A DNA stretch of 64,000 bases from an uncultured delta proteobacterium (GTDB taxonomy: Bacteria; Myxococcota_A; Polyangia; Polyangiales; Polyangiaceae): NCBI GenBank assembly GCA_963782055.1, contig CAWAIF010000002.1:128001-192000 (forward strand), in the 5' to 3' direction. A program made the position numbers and the translations under genes. Positions within the stretch are counted from its first letter, which is position 1. Every line of letters begins with the position of its first letter. Below the pieces are notes generated by a model. The model had not been told where the DNA came from. It saw only the letters and a program-made list of their open reading frames with translations, and made no database searches. This document shows, one piece after another, positions 18,400 through 26,850 of this stretch.

Positions 18400-18785
18400 C
18401 GAGTGGAAGAGGGAGCTCGAGCGAGCGGGAGAGGGAGCGCGGGGGCGAGCGCGGGCGCGGGGGCGGGAGTGGAGAGGGAGCGCGGGGGCGAGCGCGGGCG
18501 GGAGAGGGAGCGCGGGGGCGAGCGCGGGCGCGGGGGCGGGAGTGGAGAGGGAGCGCGGGGGCGAGTGCGGGCGAGAGGGAGAGGGAGCGCGGGCGCGGGG
18601 GCGGGAGTGGAAAAGGGAGCGCGGGGGCGAGCGCGGGCGCGAGAGTGGAGAGGGAGCGCGAGGGCGAGCGCGGGCGCGAGAATGGAGAGGGAGCGCGGGC
18701 GCGAGAGTGGAGAGGGAGCGCGATCGCGGGCGCGAGAGTGGAGAGGGAGCGCGATCGCGGGCGCGAGAGTGGAGAGGGAGAGGGG
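18400..18785. repeat. Purine/G-rich degenerate tandem array, core GGAGAGGGAGCGCG (~12 copies)
   Basis: Read directly; the right end has exact 31-bp units GCGAGAGTGGAGAGGGAGCGCGATCGCGGGC. Confidence 0.9.
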
Positions 18786-18913
18786 GTCGCTCGGGGGAGG
18801 GCATCGTCCCGCCGTGCTCGAAGTCCGCAAGGCCGGGCGGTGCTCGTGTCGCTCGCCTTCGTGGTCGGGTGAGCGCAGGCGCGAGGCCGTGACCGAAGGG
18901 CGCGAGCGACGCG

Positions 18914-19267
18914 TCACCGGGTGAGGCCGGTGAGCAGCGCCACGAGCCAATCCGCGATCCGCACGCACCGCTCCGCCGGAGCGGCGTCCGCCTCGCCGGT
19001 GGCCGCGGCGATCTCCACCGCCGCCACCGCCTCGACCGCCTCGCCCCGCGCGATGGCGAACGCCCGCGCCTTGTCCCGCCGCGTCACCCGTCCCGCGCCC
19101 TCCGTCGCGTTCAGGCACGCGCTCTTCGCGGCGCGCATCGCCTCGTCGCGCAGCTTCGCGTCGCGCACACCAGCCGCCCGCACCGCGACGAGCAGCTCCA
19201 CCGCGCCCCGAAAGGCCACCAGCTTGTGATGAGGAAGAGAGCGAGGGGTCGTGTCTTGGTCGGTCAT
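18914..19267 (-). CDS. Four-helix-bundle protein (23S rRNA IVS protein / Avd-like family)
   Basis: HHKLVAFRGAVEL...LRDEAMRAAKSACLNATEGAGR...DKARAFAIARGEAVE matches the family pattern (L.D Q..RA..S...N.AEG.GR...F..ARGS..E). Confidence 0.85.
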   Translation of the reverse strand: MTDQDTTPRSLPHHKLVAFRGAVELLVAVRAAGVRDAKLRDEAMRAAKSACLNATEGAGRVTRRDKARAFAIARGEAVEAVAAVEIAAATGEADAAPAERCVRIADWLVALLTGLTR

Positions 19268-19385
19268 GCCCCCCATCGCGCGGCATGCGTGACAGCGCGA
19301 TCCGTCCCTCTCGCCCCACCCTCGCGCCAGCGCTGGCGTGCATGGTGCGCGCAAAGGCGTGACCGACCAAGACACGACCCCGCGC
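19241..19385. repeat. 30-bp inverted repeat (19241-19270 / 19356-19385) with 85-bp spacer
   Basis: GCGAGGGGTCGTGTCTTGGTCGGTCATGCC vs GGCGTGACCGACCAAGACACGACCCCGCGC: 28/30 complementary, perfect 22-bp core. Confidence 0.92.
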
Positions 19386-19430
19386 GCCCGCCCATCCCCA
19401 CGCGCGGCGAGCATGTCCCCCCGAGTTCAC

Positions 19431-19540
19431 CCCCCCCCGACCCCAACCCCAACCCCGACCCCGACCCCGACCCCGACCCCAACCCCGACCCGACCCCAAC
19501 CCCGACCCCGACCCCAACCCCGACCCCGACCCCGACCCGA
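19431..19540. repeat. Hexamer microsatellite (CCC[G/A]AC)n, ~18 copies
   Basis: Read directly; the minus strand is (GGGGTC/GGGGTT)n. Confidence 0.92.
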
Positions 19541-19791
19541 GCCAAGTGACACCGAGCGCGGGGGAGAGTGTGACACCAAGAGAAAGCGCGGGAACATGGA
19601 CGCGCAAAATGCTCGAACTGGAATGCAAAGGAGTCGCTCGCGGTTCTTCCGCGCGACCAAGCCCGGGACGCCTTGACGCACGGCTACGGCGGCGGCTACC
19701 GTCCGCAACCGCTCGCGAGACGTAACCCAGCGCGGGCCGGCGGCGTCGCACGAACGTGTGCGCGCTTCTCGCGAAGCCAGGAGGTGCTCTT

Positions 19792-20655
19792 GTGATTGCG
19801 ATTGCGAAGACCATGAAGCTGGGCATCGTCGCCCTCACCACGGCGCTCGCGCTCAGTAGCGTGGGCTGCGGCTACTCCCAGGAGGAGATGGACGCGAAGA
19901 CCCACGAGGTCGAGCGTCTGACTGCGGAGCTGAAGACCGCCAACACCAAGATCTCGGACGACCAGAAGAAGTTCGCCGACGCCCTGGCCCAGCAGGCCAA
20001 GCTGCGCGACGACCTCAAGCGGGCCGGCATCGACCTCGAGGCGTCCAAGAGCAACGCCGAGAAGCTCGAGCAGGCCATGCGCGAGTACAAGCAGCGCGCC
20101 GACCAGCTCGCGGCGATCGAGGCGCGCTTCCGCGACCTCAAGACTCGGCTCGACAAGCTGAACAACGTCGGACTCAAGGTGGTCGTGCGCAACAACCGCA
20201 TGGTCATCCAGCTTCCGGGTGACGTGCTCTTCGACTCGGGCAAGGATCAGCTCAAGAAGGGCGGCAAGGACGTGCTGCTACAGGTGGCCGACGTCATCCG
20301 CAACGACTCGACCCTCAACGCCCGCACCTTCCAGGTGGCCGGCCACACCGACAACGCGAAGTACCCGCACAACGGGCCCTTCCACGACAACTGGGGCCTC
20401 TCCCTCGCCCGCGCGCGTCAGGTCCTCCTCTTCCTGACCGCCCCGGTGGGCGACCCGAAGGCCAAGGACCCGAAGAAGCACGGCGGCGGCGGGCTCGACC
20501 CGAAGCACTGGTCGGCTTCCGGCTACGGGGACACCGACCCGCAGGCGGGCACCATGGAGAAGCAGACCAAGGACGAGATGAACAAGAACCGCCGCGTGGA
20601 GCTCGTCCTCGAGCCGAACGTGGAGGAGATGCTGAACCTCAGCACCATCAAGTGA
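19792..20655 (+). CDS. OmpA/MotB-family lipoprotein with coiled coil
   Basis: AGGAGG RBS then GTG; LSSVGC lipobox; LPGDVLFDSGK, VAGHTDN, NWGLSLARA, KNRRVE. Confidence 0.9.
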   Translation: MIAIAKTMKLGIVALTTALALSSVGCGYSQEEMDAKTHEVERLTAELKTANTKISDDQKKFADALAQQAKLRDDLKRAGIDLEASKSNAEKLEQAMREYKQRADQLAAIEARFRDLKTRLDKLNNVGLKVVVRNNRMVIQLPGDVLFDSGKDQLKKGGKDVLLQVADVIRNDSTLNARTFQVAGHTDNAKYPHNGPFHDNWGLSLARARQVLLFLTAPVGDPKAKDPKKHGGGGLDPKHWSASGYGDTDPQAGTMEKQTKDEMNKNRRVELVLEPNVEEMLNLSTIK

Positions 20656-20686
20656 ACGTCCGCCCGGCCGCGGCCGGGCAGGTGAG

Positions 20687-20730
20687 GACGCGGGGTCGGT
20701 TCCTTCCGGGATCGGCCCCGCCGTCTTTTT
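20687..20730 (+). terminator. Intrinsic terminator
   Basis: GACG-CGGGGTCGGTTCC-ttcc-GGGATCGGCCCCG-C-CGTC-TTTTT. Confidence 0.7.
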
Positions 20731-20743
20731 GTATGCTCGGCGG

Positions 20744-21667
20744 ATGCGCGTCGCCTCCATCGACATCGGCACCAACACCGTGCTCCTCCTCGTCGCCGAG
20801 CGGTCCGCCGCCGGCGAGCTCGTCGCCGTGCACGAGGAGGCCACCATCACGCGTCTCGGCGAGGGCGTGGACGTCGCGCGCAAGCTGAAGCCGGAGGCCA
20901 TCGCGCGCACCTCCGCGTGTCTCGTCCGCTACGCCGAGATCGTCCGCGACCTGGGCGTCGCGCGGACCGGCGTGGTCGGCACGAGCGCCATGCGTGACGC
21001 CGGCGGCGGCGACGAGGTCCGCGCGAAGGTGCGCGAGCTCCTCGGCGTGGAGGCGCGCACCATCTCCGGCGACGAGGAGGCCCGCCTCACGTTCCGCGGC
21101 GCTCTCTCCGGGCTGGACGTCTCCGGCGGCGTGGTCGTCTACGACATCGGCGGCGGCAGCACCGAGGTGGTCGGCGGGACGTGCAGCGCGGGCGCCGCCG
21201 CCGGCTTCACCTACGCGCACAGCTTCGACGTGGGGAGCGTGCGCCTGACCGAACGTCACGTGCACACCGACCCGCCGTCGGCGGAGGAGCTCGCCGCCCT
21301 GAGCCGCGCCGCGCGCGAGGCCTTCGCCGGGCTGCCGTCCCTGAAGAGCGACGGTCTGCCGGTGGGCATCGCAGGCACCGTCACCACCCTCGCCGCCGTC
21401 GCGCTCCGGATGGAGACCTACGACGGCGCGCGCGTGCACGGCCACACCATGACGCGCGACGAGCTGGAGCGGGTGGTGCGCGATCTCGCCGCGCTCCCCC
21501 TCGCCCGGCGGCGCGAGGTGCCCGGCCTGGAGCCGAAGCGCGCCGACGTGATCGTGGCGGGCGGCATGGTCGCCCTCGCGGTGCTGGACGCGCTGGGCGC
21601 CTCCGCCACGCGCGTCAGCGATCGCGGCGTGCGCTGGGGACTGGCGGAGGAGCTTTGCGGCGCCTGA
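20744..21667 (+). CDS. ppx: Ppx/GppA family exopolyphosphatase
   Basis: SIDIGTNT, TRLGEG, TSAMRDA, ISGDEEA, DIGGGSTE, RADVIVAG. Confidence 0.92.
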   Translation: MRVASIDIGTNTVLLLVAERSAAGELVAVHEEATITRLGEGVDVARKLKPEAIARTSACLVRYAEIVRDLGVARTGVVGTSAMRDAGGGDEVRAKVRELLGVEARTISGDEEARLTFRGALSGLDVSGGVVVYDIGGGSTEVVGGTCSAGAAAGFTYAHSFDVGSVRLTERHVHTDPPSAEELAALSRAAREAFAGLPSLKSDGLPVGIAGTVTTLAAVALRMETYDGARVHGHTMTRDELERVVRDLAALPLARRREVPGLEPKRADVIVAGGMVALAVLDALGASATRVSDRGVRWGLAEELCGA

Positions 21668-21668
21668 G

Positions 21669-22688
21669 TCAGCCGCTGGCGCCCCAGGTCCCCGCAGGCG
21701 GCGGTGGCGGCGGGTACGGGGCGCCAGGCGGCGGGTAATAGCCGCCCGGTCCCGGCGGCGGGCCGCTCTCCTGCAGCGGCTGCATCATCTGGTACTCGGG
21801 GCCGAGCGAGGCGATGGCGTACAGGCCGTACGCGCGCTCGAGCACGTAGTACGGCGCCAGCAGCGTCTGCTGGATGACCGGAAACGCGCCCAGACAGCAC
21901 GTGCAGAAGGTGAGCACCACGGCGACGAGCCCGGCGCCCAGGCCGAGCCCCGCGCGGATGACGAAGAAGAGGAGGACGGATCCCCAGTGACCGCGTACGG
22001 CGTCGAGGAAGCGTCGCCACGCGGCCATGCACGGCAGGTCGAACTGCAGCATGAACGGCGCGACGAAGTTGCGCAGCAGCGCGCGCACCACGCCGAGCAG
22101 TATGACGAACAGTGCGCCGACGACCAGGAAGGGCAGCAGGCCCAGCGCCAGCGCGTCGGCGTCGGTCACGCCGGCGTCGACGAGGTCGACGACACGGTAG
22201 AGGGCGAAGCCGAGCAGCGGCCCCCAGAGAAGGAGGGAGATGCCGCTCAGCGCCAGGCTGAACTTGAAGAGCGACCAGGCGGGCTTGCGTGTCTCGCGCC
22301 AGTGCTCCCCGATGGCCGGCCGCCCCGTCGCCACGGCGCGGATGGACATCATCTGCCCGCGCGTGCCCAGCCAGAGCGTGACGAGCGTCAGCGCCACCAA
22401 CGTGATCACCGCCACGATGGAGAGGACCACGACCAGCGTCGCGTTGTCCGCCATCCATGTGCGGGCCTCGTCCAGCATCCGGTGCAGGTCGAGGGGCGGC
22501 GCCGTGCCCCCCGGGCCGGACGATCCGCCGAAATTGGGCTTCCGGAAGGAGCCCCCCGAGCCTCCCTCCGCAAGCATCTGCAGGAAAAAGATGACCCCGA
22601 AGGAAATCCACGTACCTGCGCGGAATGGCTTGAATAGTTGCTGACTCGTCCGTTGCCAGGCGGTGCCCAGCGAGCCCGTCACATCCAT
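21669..22688 (-). CDS. Hypothetical integral membrane protein with Pro-rich C-tail
   Basis: Several TM segments; CTCC motif; PPPGAPYPPPPP tail. Confidence 0.75.
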   Translation of the reverse strand: MDVTGSLGTAWQRTSQQLFKPFRAGTWISFGVIFFLQMLAEGGSGGSFRKPNFGGSSGPGGTAPPLDLHRMLDEARTWMADNATLVVVLSIVAVITLVALTLVTLWLGTRGQMMSIRAVATGRPAIGEHWRETRKPAWSLFKFSLALSGISLLLWGPLLGFALYRVVDLVDAGVTDADALALGLLPFLVVGALFVILLGVVRALLRNFVAPFMLQFDLPCMAAWRRFLDAVRGHWGSVLLFFVIRAGLGLGAGLVAVVLTFCTCCLGAFPVIQQTLLAPYYVLERAYGLYAIASLGPEYQMMQPLQESGPPPGPGGYYPPPGAPYPPPPPPAGTWGASG

Positions 22689-22757
22689 GGCAGCCTCCGC
22701 GAGGTAGGGAAAGGTGGATGAGCTTGATCTAGATCAAGGCTTTTGGGTGCAATTCCT

Positions 22758-22787
22758 TTGACAATATGGGGTCGTTCCAACTAGAGT
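22758..22787 (+). promoter_or_regulatory. Sigma70-type promoter of cdnL
   Basis: TTGACA-N18-TAGAGT in an AT-richer intergenic stretch. Confidence 0.55.
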
Positions 22788-22986
22788 GCGCTCGCCTGAG
22801 CTTCTAGCCTCCTTTCGCGACCCGCCGGCGGACCCGTTGGCCCCCGGCAGAATTTTCGTCGCGAGTTCCCGAGGATCGAACAGCGGCACCAGAGCGCTCT
22901 CCCCGACCGCCGAGCGGATCGAGGGAACCGCATCGCTTTGGCCTGCGTCCGATGGGTTGAAGTCAGGCCAGCAACAAGGAGATGCC

Positions 22987-23496
22987 ATGCAAGCAGGTAC
23001 CGACGTCAAGTTCAAGGTCGGCGACAAGGCTGTTTACCCCAAGCACGGAGTGGGGGAGATCGTCCGCATCGTGGAGCTCGACATCGCCGGCTCGCGGCAG
23101 AAATTCTACGAGGTTCGGATCCTCGACAAGAATCAGAAGACGGTGAAGATCCCCGTCACCAACGCGTCCGCCGTCGGCCTGCGTCAGCTCGTGACCGAGG
23201 AGGAGATCGGGGAGATCTTCGACATCCTGCGCGAGCGCACGATCGCCTTCGACAAGCAGACGTGGAACCGCCGGTACCGCGGCTTCATGGCGAAGATCCA
23301 GACCGGATCCATCTACGACGTGGCGGAGGTCCTTCGTGATCTGTACCGCCTCAAGACCGACAAGCAGCTCTCCTTCGGCGAGCGAGCGATGCTCGACACC
23401 GCGCGCACACTCATCGTGAAGGAGATCGCCATCGCCCGCGGCCAGACGGAAGAAGCCGTCCGGACGGAGATCGAGGCGATCTTCATCTCCAACTGA
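22987..23496 (+). CDS. cdnL: CarD/CdnL family RNA polymerase-binding regulator
   Basis: AAGGAG RBS; FKVGDKAVYPKHGVG, QTWNRRYR, AEVLRDL, LSFGER; no HMGA tail, so CdnL rather than myxobacterial CarD. Confidence 0.92.
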   Translation: MQAGTDVKFKVGDKAVYPKHGVGEIVRIVELDIAGSRQKFYEVRILDKNQKTVKIPVTNASAVGLRQLVTEEEIGEIFDILRERTIAFDKQTWNRRYRGFMAKIQTGSIYDVAEVLRDLYRLKTDKQLSFGERAMLDTARTLIVKEIAIARGQTEEAVRTEIEAIFISN

Positions 23497-23557
23497 TCGA
23501 CGCCGTACCCCGCGCGCGGCCCGCCTCCCCGGCGTGGCCGCGCGTCGCGTTTTGTCC

Positions 23558-23800
23558 TCAGGACTCCAGGACGCCGAACTCCCAGCGCTCGTCCGGCTCG
23601 CGCAGGCCCGCGACGGCGGCCTCCACGCGCCGCAGCAGCTCGCCGGGGCTCGCGTTGGGGGAAGGGCGCACGCCGACGGCGACGGCCATGCAGGCCGTCG
23701 TCTCGTCCGGCCACTGCCACACGCGCGCGCCGGCGACGCCGTCCACCGCGTAGACCACCTCCAGCGTGCGCCGGAGCTTGGGCGGAAGCGCGCTCTTCAT
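23558..23800 (-). CDS. Small hypothetical protein (80 aa)
   Basis: MKSALPPKLRRTLEVVYAVDGV...; ATGA overlap with the nosL-like stop. Confidence 0.55.
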   Translation of the reverse strand: MKSALPPKLRRTLEVVYAVDGVAGARVWQWPDETTACMAVAVGVRPSPNASPGELLRRVEAAVAGLREPDERWEFGVLES

Positions 23801-24213
23801 CCGGAGAGCACCTCGGTGGTGACGTCGTCCAGGCCGATGTTCTTCTTGCCGGCGTGGTCCTTCATGAACTTCTGCGCGCGCGCCGCGTCCACGGGCACGA
23901 GGGCAGGACCCATCGGCCCGATGACATCGCTGCCGGTGACGAAGCGCATGCCCTTCGCGTCGCGCCAGGAGCGGTCGTAGAAGTCCTGCACCTTCACCGT
24001 GCCCTTCTTGCCGTCCTCCAGCCACTTGGAGAGGGCGCAGCGCGGCGTGTCGAAGGTGAGCGTCTTGCCGCCCGGCTCCTCGATGTGCGCGAGGAAGGGA
24101 CTCTTCGGATCGATCTTCATCCCGCAGTGGGCGCAGCGCTCCTCGTGCTTGCAGGAGGCGAGGGCCACCGCGCCGACGACCAGACCGACGAACTGTCTGC
24201 GACCGAGAGTCAT
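23797..24213 (-). CDS. NosL-family copper-binding lipoprotein (twin-Arg-like leader)
   Basis: MTLGRRQF...ALASC; CAHCGM, FDTPRC, VTGSDVIGPMG, FMKDHAG. Confidence 0.85.
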   Translation of the reverse strand: MTLGRRQFVGLVVGAVALASCKHEERCAHCGMKIDPKSPFLAHIEEPGGKTLTFDTPRCALSKWLEDGKKGTVKVQDFYDRSWRDAKGMRFVTGSDVIGPMGPALVPVDAARAQKFMKDHAGKKNIGLDDVTTEVLSG

Positions 24214-25229
24214 GGGAACAGCGACGCGCCCCCCGTCACGATGGCATAGCGCACGATGGGGAAGGCGCCCACCGCGAGGACGACGAGCCAGGCGACGGCG
24301 CCACGTCTGAGCCGCTGCCGGGCGAAGGCGGCCATCGCCGCGCGGGCGGCAGGGCCGCGCGCGAGCAGGGCGGAGAGGGCGGCGCCCGCGCCGTAGGTGA
24401 CGGCGAAGAACATCGCGGCGAAGAGCGGGTAGCCGATGCCCCACACGTCGGCGCGCAGCAGACAGAACGGACAGTGGTGCTGCGGGACCTCGAAGGCGTG
24501 GGGCGCGACCTCCAGCAGGACGGCACCGATGGCCACGGGCAGCGCCAGCACCGAGAGCGCGCCGGCGACGGCGACGAGCGGCGCGCGCGGCTTGCGCGCG
24601 GCGACGAAGGCCACCACCACGCTGGCCAGCACGATGGATGGCCCCAGCCACGTCGCCACCACCCGTGGGCCGGTGACGTACGCCGCGCGCGCGGCAGCCA
24701 CAGGATCGAGCTGGACCGAGCAGCAGGAGGCGATGACGTTGAGGTCCAGGTTGGTGAAGAAGAGGAGCTGCAGCGCGAGGTCGGCGATCGCGATGGGCGC
24801 GAGCACCAGCGTCGCCCAGGAGAGCGCGCGCACCATGTCCATGCCGCGCACGCGCGTGTCGAAGGCGTAGAGCTGGGCCACCACGCCGGCGGCCAGCGCG
24901 GCGAGCACGCTGGCGTAGAGCGCGCGGAAGCCCCACTCGTTGGAGGCGAAGGTGCCGTACGCGCACATCGCGCCGCGGATGCCGCGGCTGAGCTTGTCGG
25001 CGGCGAGCGCGGAGAGCAGCAGCGCGACAATCTGCGCCCCCGCGCCGACCCGGACGAAGGTGCCAGCGAGCTCCACCTGCCGCTCCAGCGCGAGCTGCCC
25101 CTCCGTGGCGCGGACCACGTCGAAGTGGCGGAGCACCTTCACCGCGGTCACGCTCGCGCGCACGAGCAGCGCCACGGCGACGAGGCCGGCGAGCAGCCGG
25201 AGCAGGACCCAGGGCTCGAGGAGCTGCAC
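24210..25229 (-). CDS. Cys/His-motif integral membrane protein
   Basis: About 8 TM segments; GAMCAYG, ASCCS, HHCPFC. Confidence 0.8.
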   Translation of the reverse strand: MQLLEPWVLLRLLAGLVAVALLVRASVTAVKVLRHFDVVRATEGQLALERQVELAGTFVRVGAGAQIVALLLSALAADKLSRGIRGAMCAYGTFASNEWGFRALYASVLAALAAGVVAQLYAFDTRVRGMDMVRALSWATLVLAPIAIADLALQLLFFTNLDLNVIASCCSVQLDPVAAARAAYVTGPRVVATWLGPSIVLASVVVAFVAARKPRAPLVAVAGALSVLALPVAIGAVLLEVAPHAFEVPQHHCPFCLLRADVWGIGYPLFAAMFFAVTYGAGAALSALLARGPAARAAMAAFARQRLRRGAVAWLVVLAVGAFPIVRYAIVTGGASLFP

Positions 25230-25233
25230 GGCG

Positions 25234-25902
25234 CTAGCTCACCTTCCCGTCGTGGACGTCGATGACCCGGGTGACGCCCTTGGCGTCGGCGACGCGGGAG
25301 TCGTGCGTCGCCGCGATGACCGCCCGGCCCTCCCGCGCGAGGGAGGCGAGCTCGTCGGCGACCTGTGAGGTGCGTGCGTCGTCCAGGTGAGCCGTCGGTT
25401 CGTCCAGCAGGAGCACCTTGGGATTGCGGACGAGGCCGCGCGCCAGGGCGACGCGCTGCCGCTCGCCGCCGGAGAGCTGCCGCACCCGCTTGCCCGCCGA
25501 GGACTCCAGGCCGAAGCGCTTCAGCAGCTCGTGCGCACGCGCGACCTCGGGATCGGCGATGCCGTCGGGCACGCAGGGGAGCAGCACGTTGTCGATCGCC
25601 GACATGCCGTCGACGAGCTGCACGTCCTGGAAGACGAAGCCCACCTTGTGGCGGCGCACCTCGGCGCGGTGCTCGTCGCGAAGTCGGGAGGTGGGCTCGC
25701 CGTCGATGAGGATCTCGCCTCGCGTGGGCAGGAGCATCGCGCCGAGCAGGCCGAGCAGGGTGGTCTTGCCGCTGCCGCTCGGCCCGCGCAGCACCACGAG
25801 CTCGCCGGTGTCGATGCGCAGGCTCACGCCGTCGATGACGGTGCGTCGCGTGGCGCCGTCGCGAACGCGCAGGACGACATCGACGGCTTCGACGGCGGGC
25901 AT
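25234..25902 (-). CDS. ABC transporter ATP-binding protein (LolD/MacB-like)
   Basis: GPSGSGKT, GFVFQ, LSGGERQRV, LLLDEPT, ATHD. Confidence 0.93.
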   Translation of the reverse strand: MPAVEAVDVVLRVRDGATRRTVIDGVSLRIDTGELVVLRGPSGSGKTTLLGLLGAMLLPTRGEILIDGEPTSRLRDEHRAEVRRHKVGFVFQDVQLVDGMSAIDNVLLPCVPDGIADPEVARAHELLKRFGLESSAGKRVRQLSGGERQRVALARGLVRNPKVLLLDEPTAHLDDARTSQVADELASLAREGRAVIAATHDSRVADAKGVTRVIDVHDGKVS

Positions 25903-26157
25903 GCCCCCATTTCCCTCCTAGGAGCGCGCGGCGCAAGCGGGACAGGATCGCGCGGTCGGGCCAGTCCCACTCCACCGCCCGATCGCGCCACCGCTAGCCT
26001 GCTCGCGATTGGACGCGTGGGAAGTGGATCCGGGGGAGGCCAGGGGGGCTCCGGGCGGCCGGCTCGGGGTGTGTCACCGTGTGCCAATCGCGGCCGCCGT
26101 GATCCGCCGACCACCCTGGATCTCCCGGCCTTTCCCGCATTTCCGGGATTGTGGAGC

Positions 26158-26173
26158 TGGCACTCCGCGTGCA
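26158..26173 (+). promoter_or_regulatory. Sigma54-type promoter
   Basis: TGGCAC-TCCGC-GTGCA (GG-N10-GC) about 20 bp before ATG 26193. Confidence 0.55.
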
Positions 26174-26192
26174 TTCTGGGTGGCGGGTCCTC

Positions 26193-26513
26193 ATGCGCGC
26201 CGTCCCCCTTGCAGCCTGGATTGCCATCTTCGCCCTCGGCGGAGTGGGCGTGGCGTGCTCGCTCAACCCGCAGCCGCTCCCGCCCAACGACTTGACCACG
26301 ACCGCAGACGCGGGGGCCATGGACGCGGCGCCCTTCGGGGCGGATGCCGGGTCCGACGTGGTCACCTTGCCCGCGCCGGAGGGGGGAGTCGACGCCGGCG
26401 CCGTGGACGGCGGGGCCGACGCCGCCGACGCGTCGGACGCCGGCGCGGACGCGTCGGACGCCGGGGACGCCGCCGCTGACGCCCCGAGCGATGCGCTGGA
26501 CGAGGGGGACTGA
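26193..26513 (+). CDS. Small acidic lipoprotein, CSLNPQPLPP motif, copy 1
   Basis: Signal ...GVGVAC, SLNPQPLPP, DAG/DAS-rich tail. Confidence 0.75.
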   Translation: MRAVPLAAWIAIFALGGVGVACSLNPQPLPPNDLTTTADAGAMDAAPFGADAGSDVVTLPAPEGGVDAGAVDGGADAADASDAGADASDAGDAAADAPSDALDEGD

Positions 26514-26845
26514 TGCGCGGGCGTCGACTCCTCGTCCTCGCGGGGCTCCTCGTCGGCGCCGCGGCCGCGTGCTCGCTCAACCCGCAGCCGCTACCGCCGG
26601 GGGCGAACTACCCTGGCGACGACGCGGGCACGGGCATGGGCGTCGACGGGTCGGTCCAGCAGGACGGCGGCGCGTTCGGCGACGCCGGGTGGCCGCCGGA
26701 CGAGGACGGCGGCGTCGACGCGGCCGGTAGTCTGGACGCCGGCGACGCCGCGGTGGACGCGTCCGACGCAGGGGAGGACGCGGACGCGGACGTCGACGCG
26801 AGCGACGCGTCGGACGACGCGAGCGAGGACGCGCTGGCGGAGTAG
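26513..26845 (+). CDS. Small acidic lipoprotein, CSLNPQPLPP motif, copy 2
   Basis: TGATG overlap; ...GAAAAC, SLNPQPLPP, DAG/DAS-rich tail. Confidence 0.78.
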   Translation: MRGRRLLVLAGLLVGAAAACSLNPQPLPPGANYPGDDAGTGMGVDGSVQQDGGAFGDAGWPPDEDGGVDAAGSLDAGDAAVDASDAGEDADADVDASDASDDASEDALAE

Positions 26846-26850
26846 CCCGG

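Noticed and set aside
18400..18785. Repeat array as a CRISPR
   Set aside because: The units are degenerate and low-complexity, the intervening sequences are not unique spacers, and no cas genes are present.
18914..19267. Diversity-generating retroelement (Avd-like gene) or rRNA intervening sequence
   Set aside because: No reverse transcriptase, no TR/VR pair differing at adenines, and no rRNA sequence in the window.
18119..19841. ORFs across the repeat arrays (18130..18804-, 18138..19841-, 18167..18892+, 19226..19549+, 19338..19676+)
   Set aside because: They are open in several frames only because the repeats lack stop codons, and the translations are simple-sequence.
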